NCBI GenBank assembly: GCA_025558095.1 | Contig: JAIVFI010000044.1 | Location: 191,022-255,021 of the forward strand | Reading direction: 5' to 3' | Source: Hyaloraphidium curvatum SAG 235-1 | Taxonomy: Eukaryota > Fungi > Monoblepharomycota | Length of the DNA: 64,000 bases | In this document: piece by piece, positions 1-10,208 of the stretch | Layout of the letters: every line of letters begins with the position of its first letter | Position numbering within the stretch: position 1 is the first letter of the stretch | Position numbers and translations under genes: made by a program | Notes under the pieces: generated by a model | Databases searched by the model: none | The model's input: the letters and a program-made list of their open reading frames with translations, nothing else | What the model was told of the DNA's origin: nothing

Positions 1-1731
1 TGCCGGCAAAGTCCTGGACCCGAAGCGTGGCGCTCATGATGACCAGCCGCAGCGGCTTCACCCCCGACCGCCTGGCCTGCTCCGAGTTGCGCAGCTTCAC
101 GATCCGGGAAAGCCAACCGATGAGGACGTCGGTCCTAACCGTCCGCTCGTGGGCCTCGTCGCTGCTTCAGCAGCAGGTCGCCGCCCCCCTGCTCCTCGTT
201 GGCGGCGCCAGAAAGCTCCCGGAGGAGGATACCGTCCGCGACGAACTTGATCCTGGCGTCCCGGATGCCCTCGGACTTGTCGTAGCGCACCTGGTACCCG
301 ACCACCTTCTTCCCGACCTCGCCCATCTCCTCCGCAACACGCCGTGCGACACCGATCGCGGCGACGCGGGAGGTTCCGTTACGATGATCCCGCCGCTGAA
401 CAAGGGGTGGTCTGGTTGGCGAAACCAAACTCGTAGAGGATCTGCGGGACCTGCGTGGTCTTGCCGGAGCCCGTCGAGCCGCAGATGATGGTGACGGGGT
501 TGTGCAGCACGGCGTCGAGGATGTTGGACTCGTACTGCATGATGGGCAGCTCCTGCCTCGCTAGGCTCATCGCCTCGGTCCGCGGAACATGCTGGATGTA
601 CTTGGAGGTCTGCAGGTTCGCGGGCGTGACCTGCTTCGGATCCGCGGGCAAAGCCGGAGCGGCCGGCGGTTTGGGCGGCGGCCGCCAGTCGAGGCTGTCC
701 GAATCCGAGTCCGAGTCGTCCGGCCGCTTGCCCTGGGCCTCCCTGGCGCGCCGCCGCGCTTCCCTCTGTCTCTTTCGCTGTTCATGCCGCTTCCGCGCCT
801 TTTCCTCCAAGAAGGCCTCCTCCTCCCTCTGCCTATGCTCCGCCACGGCAGTATCAAAGGCGTCCTCCTTGGCGGCGGGAGGCGGCGCAGGTGCAGCGGC
901 AGCGGCCAACGGTGCGCCTTTCGGCTTGAGCGCCGAACCGAAACCGGGCCCTGACGATGCCATCGTGCCGTCCTTCGGCTTCAATGCGCTTCCAAAAGCA
1001 GGTTTCGCGGACTTGAGGGCGCTTCCAAACTGTGCCGGGGGCGCCGCAGCGACGGCCTCCTCGTCCCCGCCATCCGAGTCCGCCCCGAGCGCCCGTTCGA
1101 GGTCCGAGTCCTCGTCGAAATCAGAGTCCATCTCCACATCGTTGGTGCCGCTGCCGTTCGGCGCCTCCCGCACGCCGTTCCGCGCCTCCGCGGCCGGGTC
1201 GATGCGGTCCCGCAGGGCGTCGGGCCTGCCGAGGAGCTTCGCCTCTTGCCGTTTCTGTTGACCCGCAACGTCCGTCAAGCTTCGAACGGCGCTCGTCAGC
1301 GACGGCGGGGACTCACCACAAACTTTTCGAAGCGCTTCCTCTTCTTCGAAGACATCTTGCCCATACCCGCGGGCCGAGGCGGCTCTGCCTCGGGCCCTTT
1401 GGGCCCCTTTTGGCCCGGAACGAGGATCAACGGAGCGCTGCCCGAGCTCCCCCGGTATTCGTCCTCCTCTGCGAGTCCCTCGAGCTCCAAAGGAACTTCG
1501 TGCCCCTCTCCATCGTCGGAATCGCTGTCGGAAGGGGCCGACCGGCCCTTCTTGGAGCTCTGCAGGCCATCTTGACCGCCCGAGGTCCCCCCGCCCCCGG
1601 CCCGCTTCCGCTTCCGGACCAGCGCTTCGAGGCCCCCATCGCGGGCCTTGGGGTGGGTGCGCCTTTGCGCTCTTTACAAGGTGGCTCGACGCGCGCGCCT
1701 TGGCGTTGAAGCCCGGTTGCCGTCGGCCCAT
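1..1731 (-). CDS. DHR1: DEAH-box RNA helicase Dhr1/Ecm16 (DHX37 family), 5' part; carries three frameshift lesions; continues beyond the window start
   Basis: N-terminus [13 protein letters not shown], then [10 protein letters not shown]; [18 protein letters not shown]; motif [14 protein letters not shown]; Ia TEP(R)RVAA; VGYQVRYD; DGILLRE; DEAHER; LVIMSATL. Introns at about 1561-1677 and 1255-1316. Frame breaks near 414, 369 and 161. Confidence 0.88.
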
Positions 1732-1983
1732 GTGCGCGGAGGGTAAAATGTCGGTTGTTTGTCCGAATCGCGGTCGCGGTCGCGGCCCGTCACCCAGCGA
1801 TCGCCTCTATGTGCCGTCCGAATTGAGTTGGCAGGCAGCATACCCGGATTATGAGCTTCTCGGCATGTAATCAACGGTATCGTCGTGGCAAACGTGGGAT
1901 GCGAACTTTGTTCACGAGGCGCATCATCACCCCCCGGCGCACCGTCATCGCTTAGAAGACCGTTTCGCAGCGAGTCCACCGCC

Positions 1984-2631
1984 ATGGCTTCCGTGACGAT
2001 AAGGCTCAAGGGGTCAGACGACGTGTGCTACGTGCCTCAAGGCACAGTGAGGCACGTGAGGCGGCGGATGGCGCTCGACAACGACATCGGACTCGGACTC
2101 CGGGCCCTCAACGCTTCCTTTGCCCCGATCCTTGCGGTGACTCCTGAGGGGATCCAGCATGGCCCGTCCCTTGCAGAGAGCGAAGTCATGGCACCGGGTA
2201 ACACATACTTGCTTTGGGAAGATGAGGAAGCTCCAGCACGAGACGTGCTCCTGCAAAGGCTTCTTGCGTTGCAAGATCTCCTGGAGGAAGAACCAATCTC
2301 AAACCCTGAACTCCGCAAATGTCTGAGATGGCACGTGGCACTTTCGATTCGCGTCTACGAGCTTCAAATGGACCTCAAGAAGCAGGAGTCCGACGGCGGC
2401 TTCTGGAGCCTGCTTGCTGTGGTCTGCGCTCTTCTGCTGGCAGTAGCAGCGGTCATTACGCCACCTGACATTATGAGTGGATCCAGAGGCACGATAAGCT
2501 TCTTCCTGACCGTGCTTGGTGCGGTTGGAGCTGTGGTCCTGGCATTGCGCCAGGTTTGGCTGCACTGGGCTGGCTGGAAGCAGCATTGGACGTCATTGGC
2601 GGCTGCATTGCGACGCCTGTGGGGTTACTGA
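1984..2631 (+). CDS. Hypothetical intronless protein: possible ubiquitin-like N-terminal domain, helical linker and two C-terminal TM helices
   Basis: ATG in GCCATGG context at 1984; 215-aa open frame; hydrophobic segments FWSLLAVVCALLLAVAAVI and ISFFLTVLGAVGAVVLAL. Confidence 0.6.
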   Translation: MASVTIRLKGSDDVCYVPQGTVRHVRRRMALDNDIGLGLRALNASFAPILAVTPEGIQHGPSLAESEVMAPGNTYLLWEDEEAPARDVLLQRLLALQDLLEEEPISNPELRKCLRWHVALSIRVYELQMDLKKQESDGGFWSLLAVVCALLLAVAAVITPPDIMSGSRGTISFFLTVLGAVGAVVLALRQVWLHWAGWKQHWTSLAAALRRLWGY

Positions 2632-2754
2632 CCTTGGCGAGACATCTTAGAAATTGCGCTTTCTTTGGGAAATAGATCTTCTTGTCTTCTGAGTTCTGGG
2701 CCTGATTGGTTTGCGCTGGCGTTGCTACGCAGCTCGACGTAAACAGGGAAGGCC

Positions 2755-3549
2755 ATGGCCGACGAGGCCCCCGAGCCCTCCGCGCTGGTCCACGTGCACG
2801 GCCAAACACCGGATTTTGTGCCCGTGCGGCTCCGCGGCGTTGACGACGAGGCGACGCTCCGTACGGCCGCCGGGCGCGCCGCGCGGCTGTACGCGGACGA
2901 GACGGAGTCCCTGGAGCTGCGATGCGCGGGGCCGCTGCGGCCGGTCGTGCCAGGCTCCGACGCGGTGTGGGAAACCGCCGAGCCGCTGCCACTGTGGGGC
3001 CTCTCCGAAGCGCTGGCCGGGACGCACATCGTGGGCCGCGTGGGCGGCCGCCGCCGCGGCCCTCCGCCGCCGCCGCCGCCCATCGCCCCGCAGCGGCCCG
3101 ACGCCAGCGGCCCCATCGTGTGGGTGATGCTGCGCGAGGGCGTGTGGTGGTGCGCCTACCGTGTCCCTGTGCGCGGGTGCGTGTGCGGCAGGGACATCAA
3201 GGCCGCGTTCAGGGAGCAGTGTGGGCTCGACGCCCGGACGTTCGGCACCCTGGAGCTGCGGTGCGTGGGCTACGAGGCGCCGCCGCTGGACGACCGGGCC
3301 CGCGAGGCCGCGTGGCAGGCCGGCGCACCCGTCGAGGACGACACTCCGTTCCCCGACCGGGGCCGCGGCCTGGACTGGGATTCGCGGCTCATCGCGCGCA
3401 CGTATCGGCATCCCGTGGGACCGGAAGACGCAACAGCTGTCCACGGCGGGCTCGCGGAGGTCGCGGCGTCCGCCGCCGCGGCAATCCGATCGTGGGTCGC
3501 CCCGCTGTTCGGCACTGCGGAAGCCGGCATTGATTCGGGCGGTCAATGA
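2755..3549 (+). CDS. Hypothetical protein with two tandem Ubl/Crinkler-header-like repeats separated by poly-Pro
   Basis: GCCATGG start; 264 aa with GC3-rich codons; internal duplication (LVHV..VPVRL..LELRCAG..W versus IVWV..YRVPV..LELRCVG..W). Confidence 0.65.
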   Translation: MADEAPEPSALVHVHGQTPDFVPVRLRGVDDEATLRTAAGRAARLYADETESLELRCAGPLRPVVPGSDAVWETAEPLPLWGLSEALAGTHIVGRVGGRRRGPPPPPPPIAPQRPDASGPIVWVMLREGVWWCAYRVPVRGCVCGRDIKAAFREQCGLDARTFGTLELRCVGYEAPPLDDRAREAAWQAGAPVEDDTPFPDRGRGLDWDSRLIARTYRHPVGPEDATAVHGGLAEVAASAAAAIRSWVAPLFGTAEAGIDSGGQ

Positions 3550-3630
3550 CGACGCCGGCTTCCGATGCTCGACGCTGTGTGTCTCGCACGGGTCTTGTGC
3601 GCTTTTGCGCCCTCGGCACAGTCTCGTTAC

Positions 3631-4395
3631 TCATTCGGACTCGGAAGGTCGCATACATCCTGTATCTCTGGTTCGTTGAATACCATAGTGTGGTGCATGA
3701 GAATTGCGACCCGGTAGTTTAGGAGTCGGAAAGAGTCCGGACGTATCATCGAATGCATGGGCGCGGTGAAGTCTACTGTCACGATGTCTCCCATGTCCTT
3801 TACGGCCAGTGGCGATCACGCCGGCCCGTATCACTATATGCTTCGGCGGCTTCGCCATTAGGGAGACCAGATCCAAGATTCTGACGTCGTTGTTGAACGG
3901 GTCGCTGACATCCAGATAGTCGAGCGCGAAACGCGGATTGCCTGCCCTGGAAGAGATGGAATGTGGCGGGCGAGATCACGAGCGAAGCAGAATCGGCGCT
4001 GCCGCAGTCCAAAAGTCGCGATCGGAATAACGTAGAGTGAGACGAGAAGTCGATCGGATCGTCTTGGCGGTAATCGGAGCACTTCATTCGAGACGCCCCC
4101 GGCGCCCAGCGCAGGACCAAGGCGAGGATGGTTTCGAGCCCCTTGCAGTCGTACTCGACCGGAGACCCCGCGACGCTCAGGATCCACGGCCGACGGGGCA
4201 GCTCGGGGCTGGTCCTCCCCAGGAGCCGCAGAGGGTCCATCGTGTGCTTCCCCGTGACGTGCAGGTCGAGGCGCACACCGGCGATCGGAGCATGGTCTCG
4301 GCCAGCCGTTCGGTCTCGGTCGGCAGAGACGCCGGAAGATGGAGAGGTGCTCGAGCGAAGCCAGGGACTTGAAGGCCGCGCGGAGGACCTGCTAT
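3631..4395 (-). pseudogene. Probable decayed or frameshifted gene of unknown (possibly LRR/F-box-associated) family
   Basis: Protein-like segments in successive frames: VLRAAFKSLASLEHLSIF / ASLPTETERLAETMLRSP / VRLDLHVTGKHTMDPLRLL...VISPATFHLFQ / NPRFALDYLDVSDPFNNDVRILDLVSL. Joining them needs at least 3 frameshifts. Confidence 0.3.
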
Positions 4396-4726
4396 TCGGG
4401 CAGAAGTGCTTTCGGGTGGAAGTGGGTGAGCCGACCCGTCACGCAAACGCGTCCGTGATCGATCGCTTCCTCAAACCCGGATAGCTCGCGCGCCGTGGAC
4501 CAACATGACGAGCCGACGAACGTAGCACGTTGAACATACGTGTTCTTTTGTTGATGGTACAAAACTGCAACCGCCTCGACGGGTCTCTCCGCCGCCGAGT
4601 CCCACCGCCTCCACACCACTTCTCCATCTGCTTCCGCACGACCTAATCGACAACGTCAGAAGTGTAAAACGGTGCCAGAACAGAGAGAACGCACGGGAAC
4701 TGGCCCGCTCGATCGTCGGGTTTGAT

Positions 4727-6254
4727 CTAGTTCTCGTTCTCCCAGAGCGAGGCGGCACCCATCTGGAGTCGGAAACAGGTCAAGGACCGTCCAAACGAGC
4801 GCGAAACGAGCAATACAGACCCCAGTCCCGATGCACATGGAGGTGACGCCCAGCTTCCCGCCGGTCCTCTTGAGCGTCTCGAACAGGGTCGAGATCTGCC
4901 TCGCCCCGGTGGCGCCGAGCGGGTGGCCGATGGCGATGGCGCCGCCCTTGGGGTTGACCTTCTTGGGGTCGATCCCGACCGTCTCGACCGACATGATGGC
5001 CTGCGACGCGAAGGCCTCGTTGATCTCGTACGAGTCCACGTCGTCCTTGGTCACGCCGGCCTTGGCGAGGACCTCGGGGATGGCGTAGCTGGAAGGCGGT
5101 CGCTGTGAGCGCCGCGCAGGCGGCTCCGGAAGCGAGAAGCGACTCACGCAGGCCCGATGCCCATGACGCGGGGGGGCACGCCGGCGACGGCGAACGCGAC
5201 GAGCTTGCCGATGATGGGCAGGCCGAGCTTCTCGGCCACCGAGCGGCGGGCGAGCAGCGCGGCGCCGGCGCCGTCGGAGACCTGCGACGAGTTGCCGGCG
5301 GTCGAGGCGCCGTCGGGGGTGAAGGCCGGGCGGAGCTTGGCGAGGCCCTCGGCGGTGGTGGGGCGAACGCCGTCGTCGCGGTCGGCGACGACCTTGCTGC
5401 CGTCCTCCTTGGTGATGGTGATAGGGATGATCTCCTTGTTGAAGTAGCCGGCCTTCTGGGCGGCCAGGGCCTTGTTGTACGAGTCGAGCGCAAAGGCGTC
5501 CTGCTTGGCGCGGTCGACCTTGTAGTCCTTGGCGACGTTCTCCGAGGTGATGCTGTGGGAGATTGCGGAGTCAACTTCCATGTGCCGGGTACGGTAACTC
5601 GGCGCCGCCACCCACCCCATGGGCAGCAGGCAGTCCTGGATCGACCCGGCCTTCTCGACCCAGTTCCTGGGCGGCGGCACGGGCTTGCCCACGTCCTGGC
5701 CCATCGACTCCATCCCGGCGCCGATGCCGATGTCGATGGTGCCGGCCTTGATCTCGCCGGCGATGTTGGCGATGGCCTGCAGGCCCGACGAGCACTGCCT
5801 GTTGACGGCGAGGATCGAGGTCTCGACGGGGAAGCCGGCCTGGAGCATGGCCATGCGGACGAGGCCGGCGCCGGCGCCGGGGAGGCGCACGTTGCCGACG
5901 TGGATGTCCTTGACGAGCTTCTTGTCCAGGCCGACCTTGTCGCACACGGCGGCCAGGATGGGGGCGAGGATCTCCTCGGGGTGCACGCCCTGGAAGGCTG
6001 TGGGGCGGAGCGAGTGAGCCTCCGTCCGGGGGGCAGGACCGCGCACGACGCACCGCCGCCCTTGGAGCGGGTGATGGCCGAGCGGTAGGCCGAGACGAGC
6101 ACGACGTCGTCGGGCGACTTGACGCCGATCTTGCCCTGTTTGGCCGGGCGGGTGAGCGTTGCGGGTGGGGCTGGGTCGCCGCGGAGGAACGCACAAAGGT
6201 CGGGGCGGAGCCACCGGCGAGGTGCGAAGCGACCTGTTCGACGCGCGAGGCCAT
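4727..6254 (-). CDS. POT1: Peroxisomal 3-ketoacyl-CoA thiolase
   Basis: PTS2 RVEQVASHL; VNRQCSSGLQA (catalytic Cys); TAGNSSQVSDGA; YEINEAFASQ; GGAIAIGHPLGATGAR; SMCIGTG/MGAA; about 5 introns; stop after WENEN. Confidence 0.95.
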
Positions 6255-6666
6255 CTTTGTGCGGGATGCGGCGGCTGGATGGCGCGCGGGGGGGCGTGGC
6301 GGCGCGGGTGACAGAACGGCGGAGCGTCGCGGCGGGGCGGCGGGCGGGGGTCAGCGCCGGCTGGGGGGGCGCGGGTACCTTCCGGCAGGCTCAGAGGAGC
6401 CGGGAATGCGGTGCTCACCGGTGCGGCGGGGGAGGACGCGGTGCCTGGTTCGGTCGGAAGTGGAGCCGAAAACGAAGGGCAGTACTTGGAACTTCCGCGC
6501 ACGTGAAGAGACCCCATCGCGCAACATGCGCGACATCCGGCTTCCTGAGCATTGGCAATGGCATCCAACATACAGAACTAGCTTCAGCGATCTAGGTATT
6601 CACATCCGGTCCCCAATCCGGTCCCCGTCCGGCGAATGGCGCATGGAGACGCCGCAGCTTCGCGTT

Positions 6667-7810
6667 TCACTCCGCGCCCTGTCCGCGTCCAGCAGCTTCG
6701 TCGGCAGCGGAAGTGACGCGCAGCTCCTGCAGCGGCGTGCCGGATGCGTCGTCGGGCTTGTCCCCCTTGATCGGTTCGTACCTGTGGGCACCCACCGCCA
6801 TTGTGTCGATTAAGCAACCGATGCGCCCGATCGGCCCCGCGCGTGCCCACCTCAGCGACCACATCTTGAGCGACAGCGAGGCCACGGCCAGGAGCGTAGC
6901 GACGACGGCGAGGTAGAAGCCCGCGATCCACGCGGAGGATGTGGCGGACTCGAATGCGCGCGCGGAGTCGGCGACGAACCACGTCGTCTGTGGGTGAACC
7001 GGAAGCCATCAGTCAGCGGCAAGCGCGACTAACGAGCAGGCAAAGCGACCCACGATCGCGAAGGCCAGCAGCCACATGAAGTTGCCCACGCCCCCCGCGA
7101 CGATGCTGATCCACCCCGCCCAGCGGTCGTGCAGAAAGCCCGTGGTCAGGAAGACGGCGGTGACGACCGAGAACCAGGCAAAGGAGCCGAGGGAGGGCAT
7201 GGCGTAGAGGAGGGAGGATGGGTAGAGGGCGGTGAAGGCCGCCGAGTTCCACCTGTGCGTTTCCGGACGTCAACCGCGTGAGAATCCTTCGCGATCGTCA
7301 CGCGCCACGCCGTTGTACGCACGTGAAGGAGCACTTGAGCGGCGCCCCGCCCGCCGGATCCGCGCACACCCCCCACATGGCCACGAACCCCGCGCCCTGC
7401 GGCGAATCGTACCTCCTGAACGCCAGCTGCGGGACCGAATACCCCAGCAGCGCCAGGCCGGCCAGCAGCAGGAACGCCAGGTCGCACGCGAGCGACCAGT
7501 ACAGGAACCCCGCGCGCGAGACGACGGGCGGCGCCATCGACGCGGCGACCTGCTTCCACGACTGGGCGGTCATGCGGCGTGCGGGCTGGCGGGCGCGGGA
7601 TGCGGGATCGGCGCCGCGGGGCGCGTACGCGGGCGGCGCGGAGGGGTCGAACGGGTTGTCGAGGAAGGCCGGCGGCGGGTCGTTGCCGGGCGAGGGGGGC
7701 CGGGCGGCGGGCGGCGCGCCCGGCTCGGGCGGCGACGGGGTCGGCTGCCGCGCATCGGGCACTTCGTAGTCCGGCGGCGGATCCGCGGGAGGAGGTGGGC
7801 GACCCTCCAT
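6667..7810 (-). CDS. Four-TM claudin/SUR7-PalI-like membrane protein with N-terminal PPxY motifs
   Basis: Spliced product has a Pro-rich N-terminus with PPPDY and PPAY, TM1 LYWSLACDLAFLLLAGLALLGY, a loop containing MWGVC..C, and three more TM helices; 2 introns. Confidence 0.6.
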
Positions 7811-7971
7811 TGGGAGACGCCGCGAAAACTCTAATCGAGTCCCCGGCAAGGCCGTTCTAGAGCCCAGTCCAATCCCTTGGCACCGCTGCTGTGTCTCGGG
7901 TCGTGCGGCAGCACCGCGGCCGATCTATTTGAGCTGGAGGGCTCCTCGCGGTCCGGCAGCCGCCCGCCGAA

Positions 7972-9354
7972 ATGCGCTCCTTTGCCGCCGCGCTCCTCGC
8001 CGCCCTCGCGCTCTCCGCCGCGCCGGCGGCCCTCGCCGGCCGCTTCTGCTCCCCCTCGCAGCCCCCGTTCTGCGTTACCGGGTCCACGGTTGGCACGGAC
8101 GCGGACTTCCAGATAATCGCGCCCCCCGGCGTCCGAAGTGCGTCTTCCCGTGCTCGCCACCGCCGCACAGCGTTGACCGCCGCCCCGCAGATGGCTGGGT
8201 GGCCGTCGGCATCGGCGAGAGCATGCCCGGTTCCGAGATCTTCGCCTTCTGGTTCCCCGACCCTGCCAACGCGCCCACCCGCATCGTCGCCTCCAAGCGC
8301 TACGGCACCGCCTTCGTGATGCCCCGGCCGGCCGCGTCGGGCGACCAGACGGCGGTGGTGCAGCCCGATTCGGGCATCCTGCCCAACGGCACCATCTACA
8401 TCCACTTCCGCCGCCCCTTCGCCGCCTCCACCGCCTCGGCCTCCTCCAAGACCCTCGTCGCGGGCCCGCAGTCCTTCATCTGGGCCTACTCGGACAGCGA
8501 CCGCCCGAGCCCCATCAACGACCCGCAGGCCAGCTTCAGCAAGCACGTCTTTTCCGAGCCCATGGGCGCCGTCACCCTCTTCGAGACCGCGCCCAACGCC
8601 GCGCCGCCGCCGCCGGGCACCCCCGCGGCGCCGGTGATCCCCGCCGACACGCTGGACCCGCGCAACGCCTACATCCGCGCGCACGGGATCCTGATGGCCC
8701 TCGCGTGGGGCGTTTTCGCGCCCATCGGCGTGGCCACCGCAGTATTTGCAAAGGGGCAGAAGTGGTTCCCCGTCCACGTACGTCGCCGCCGCTTCCACCT
8801 CTCGCTGCGGCCGCTGACCCGCGATCACCCTCCAGTTCTACGTCATGGGCGCCCTCACCGCACTCTGCACCGTCGTCGGCTTCGCCCTCGCCGTGTACTA
8901 CATCTCCGCCTCGGGCATCAAGTCCTTCACCAACTACCACGAGATCATCGGCCTCGTCGTCTTCATCTGCACCATCATCCAGGTGTCCCTCGGGGTGTAC
9001 ATCCACCACCTGTACGACCCGAACCGGACCAAGCGGCCCATCAGGAACCACGCGCACATCTGGTTCGGGCGCGCGGTGTCGATACTGGGGGTGGCCAACG
9101 TCGCGCTCGGGATCCAGCAGTACGGGAGTGGGTCTCCGCTCGCCCCCGGCGCATCCGGAATGCTGACCCTCCTCGCCGCAGTCTGGTACGGCATGGAAAG
9201 CACCACAAATCCCTACCTTTGGGCATATATCGGCTGGATCGTGGCGTGGACGCTCCTGACGATGCTCGGCGCCTTCCTCGTGCGGCGGTCGGTGGCCAAG
9301 AAGAGCGGGGGCCTGGTGAAGGGGGAGAGCGAGGCGGCGCTGGGGACCAAGTAG
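7972..9354 (+). CDS. DOMON + cytochrome b561 domain protein (CYBDOM-like transmembrane redox protein)
   Basis: Signal peptide MRSFAAALLAALALS; DOMON motifs GWVAVGIGESM, IWAYS, FSKH; four b561 His motifs AHGILMALAW, WFPVH, YHEIIG, AHIWFGR; 3 introns. Confidence 0.88.
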
Positions 9355-9588
9355 GGAGCTGGGGACAAGGGGATGGAAGTGGGGTAACGTATGTGTTGAG
9401 GGTCGTTTGCCATGTCTTGTGACCGGTGGTGGTCTGTGGGATCAGTACATGTCTGCCTTGTTCTGCTCTGAAGCGTTCGCCGCGCCGGGTCCGCCTTCAC
9501 ACGAAATCGGCCTTCAAGCCATGGATTTTGACACAAAAACCAACATCCTTGTCAGTAGTGGCCCGTGGTCCCGCTTTCCCCCGATCTT

Positions 9589-10128
9589 TCATTGCCGATT
9601 GAACCCAGACCACAAGAGTTTCACTCCAAGAGCCACCTCGAACAACCCGCCCGGAATCGACATGGCAATCCCGACGGCATGCCCCGCCAGCTCTGCCACA
9701 GCCCCCGAGGCGAGTCCCACGTAACCCGCAAAGCCCCAGTTTGCGAACCAAGGCGGCAAGAGCCCCTCTGCGCCCCACAGCCGCATGACCGGCAGGCTCG
9801 AGATGCCGAGGGCGATCATGCCGGCTTGGTAGTACGCGTGCTTCGCCTTTGCGTTGCCCTTGGACGCGTGGTAGAGGCTCGCGATGAGAAGGCCTGCCTC
9901 TGCCACGCGACCGGCAAGGTACCCGTCCGAGACGCGTCCGTCGAGCCGGGAAAGCTCGGGGCGCAGATGTAGGGCGATCGCGGTGACCGTGACCGAGTTG
10001 GCGATGACCAGGGGGACTCCGGGGCCCCAGCGGCCCGCGTCGACAAAGTTGCTTCCCGCGCCGTAAAAGAACATGGGGAGCAGGAAGAGGAGGCCCGTGA
10101 GGCGGTCGGACGAAAGAGATGACGACAT
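9589..10128 (-). CDS. DUF4386-family multi-pass membrane protein (bacterial-type), intronless
   Basis: Motifs NSVTVTAI, GYLAGRVAEA, YYQAGMIALGISSL, LLPPWFANWGFAGY and SIPGGLFEVALGVKLLWSGF match the DUF4386 pattern as I recall it. Confidence 0.75.
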   Translation of the reverse strand: MSSSLSSDRLTGLLFLLPMFFYGAGSNFVDAGRWGPGVPLVIANSVTVTAIALHLRPELSRLDGRVSDGYLAGRVAEAGLLIASLYHASKGNAKAKHAYYQAGMIALGISSLPVMRLWGAEGLLPPWFANWGFAGYVGLASGAVAELAGHAVGIAMSIPGGLFEVALGVKLLWSGFNRQ

Positions 10129-10208
10129 TCCGAGGCCGGTGCGGGCGGTGATCGCAGACGATCTTCCGTCCTGTCCCCCGGATCCGCGACCAACAACTGT
10201 TCGACGTG

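Noticed and set aside
915-1035. Three FGSALK repeats in the DHR1 N-terminal region
   Set aside because: A short motif in a disordered linker; no evidence for an independent element.
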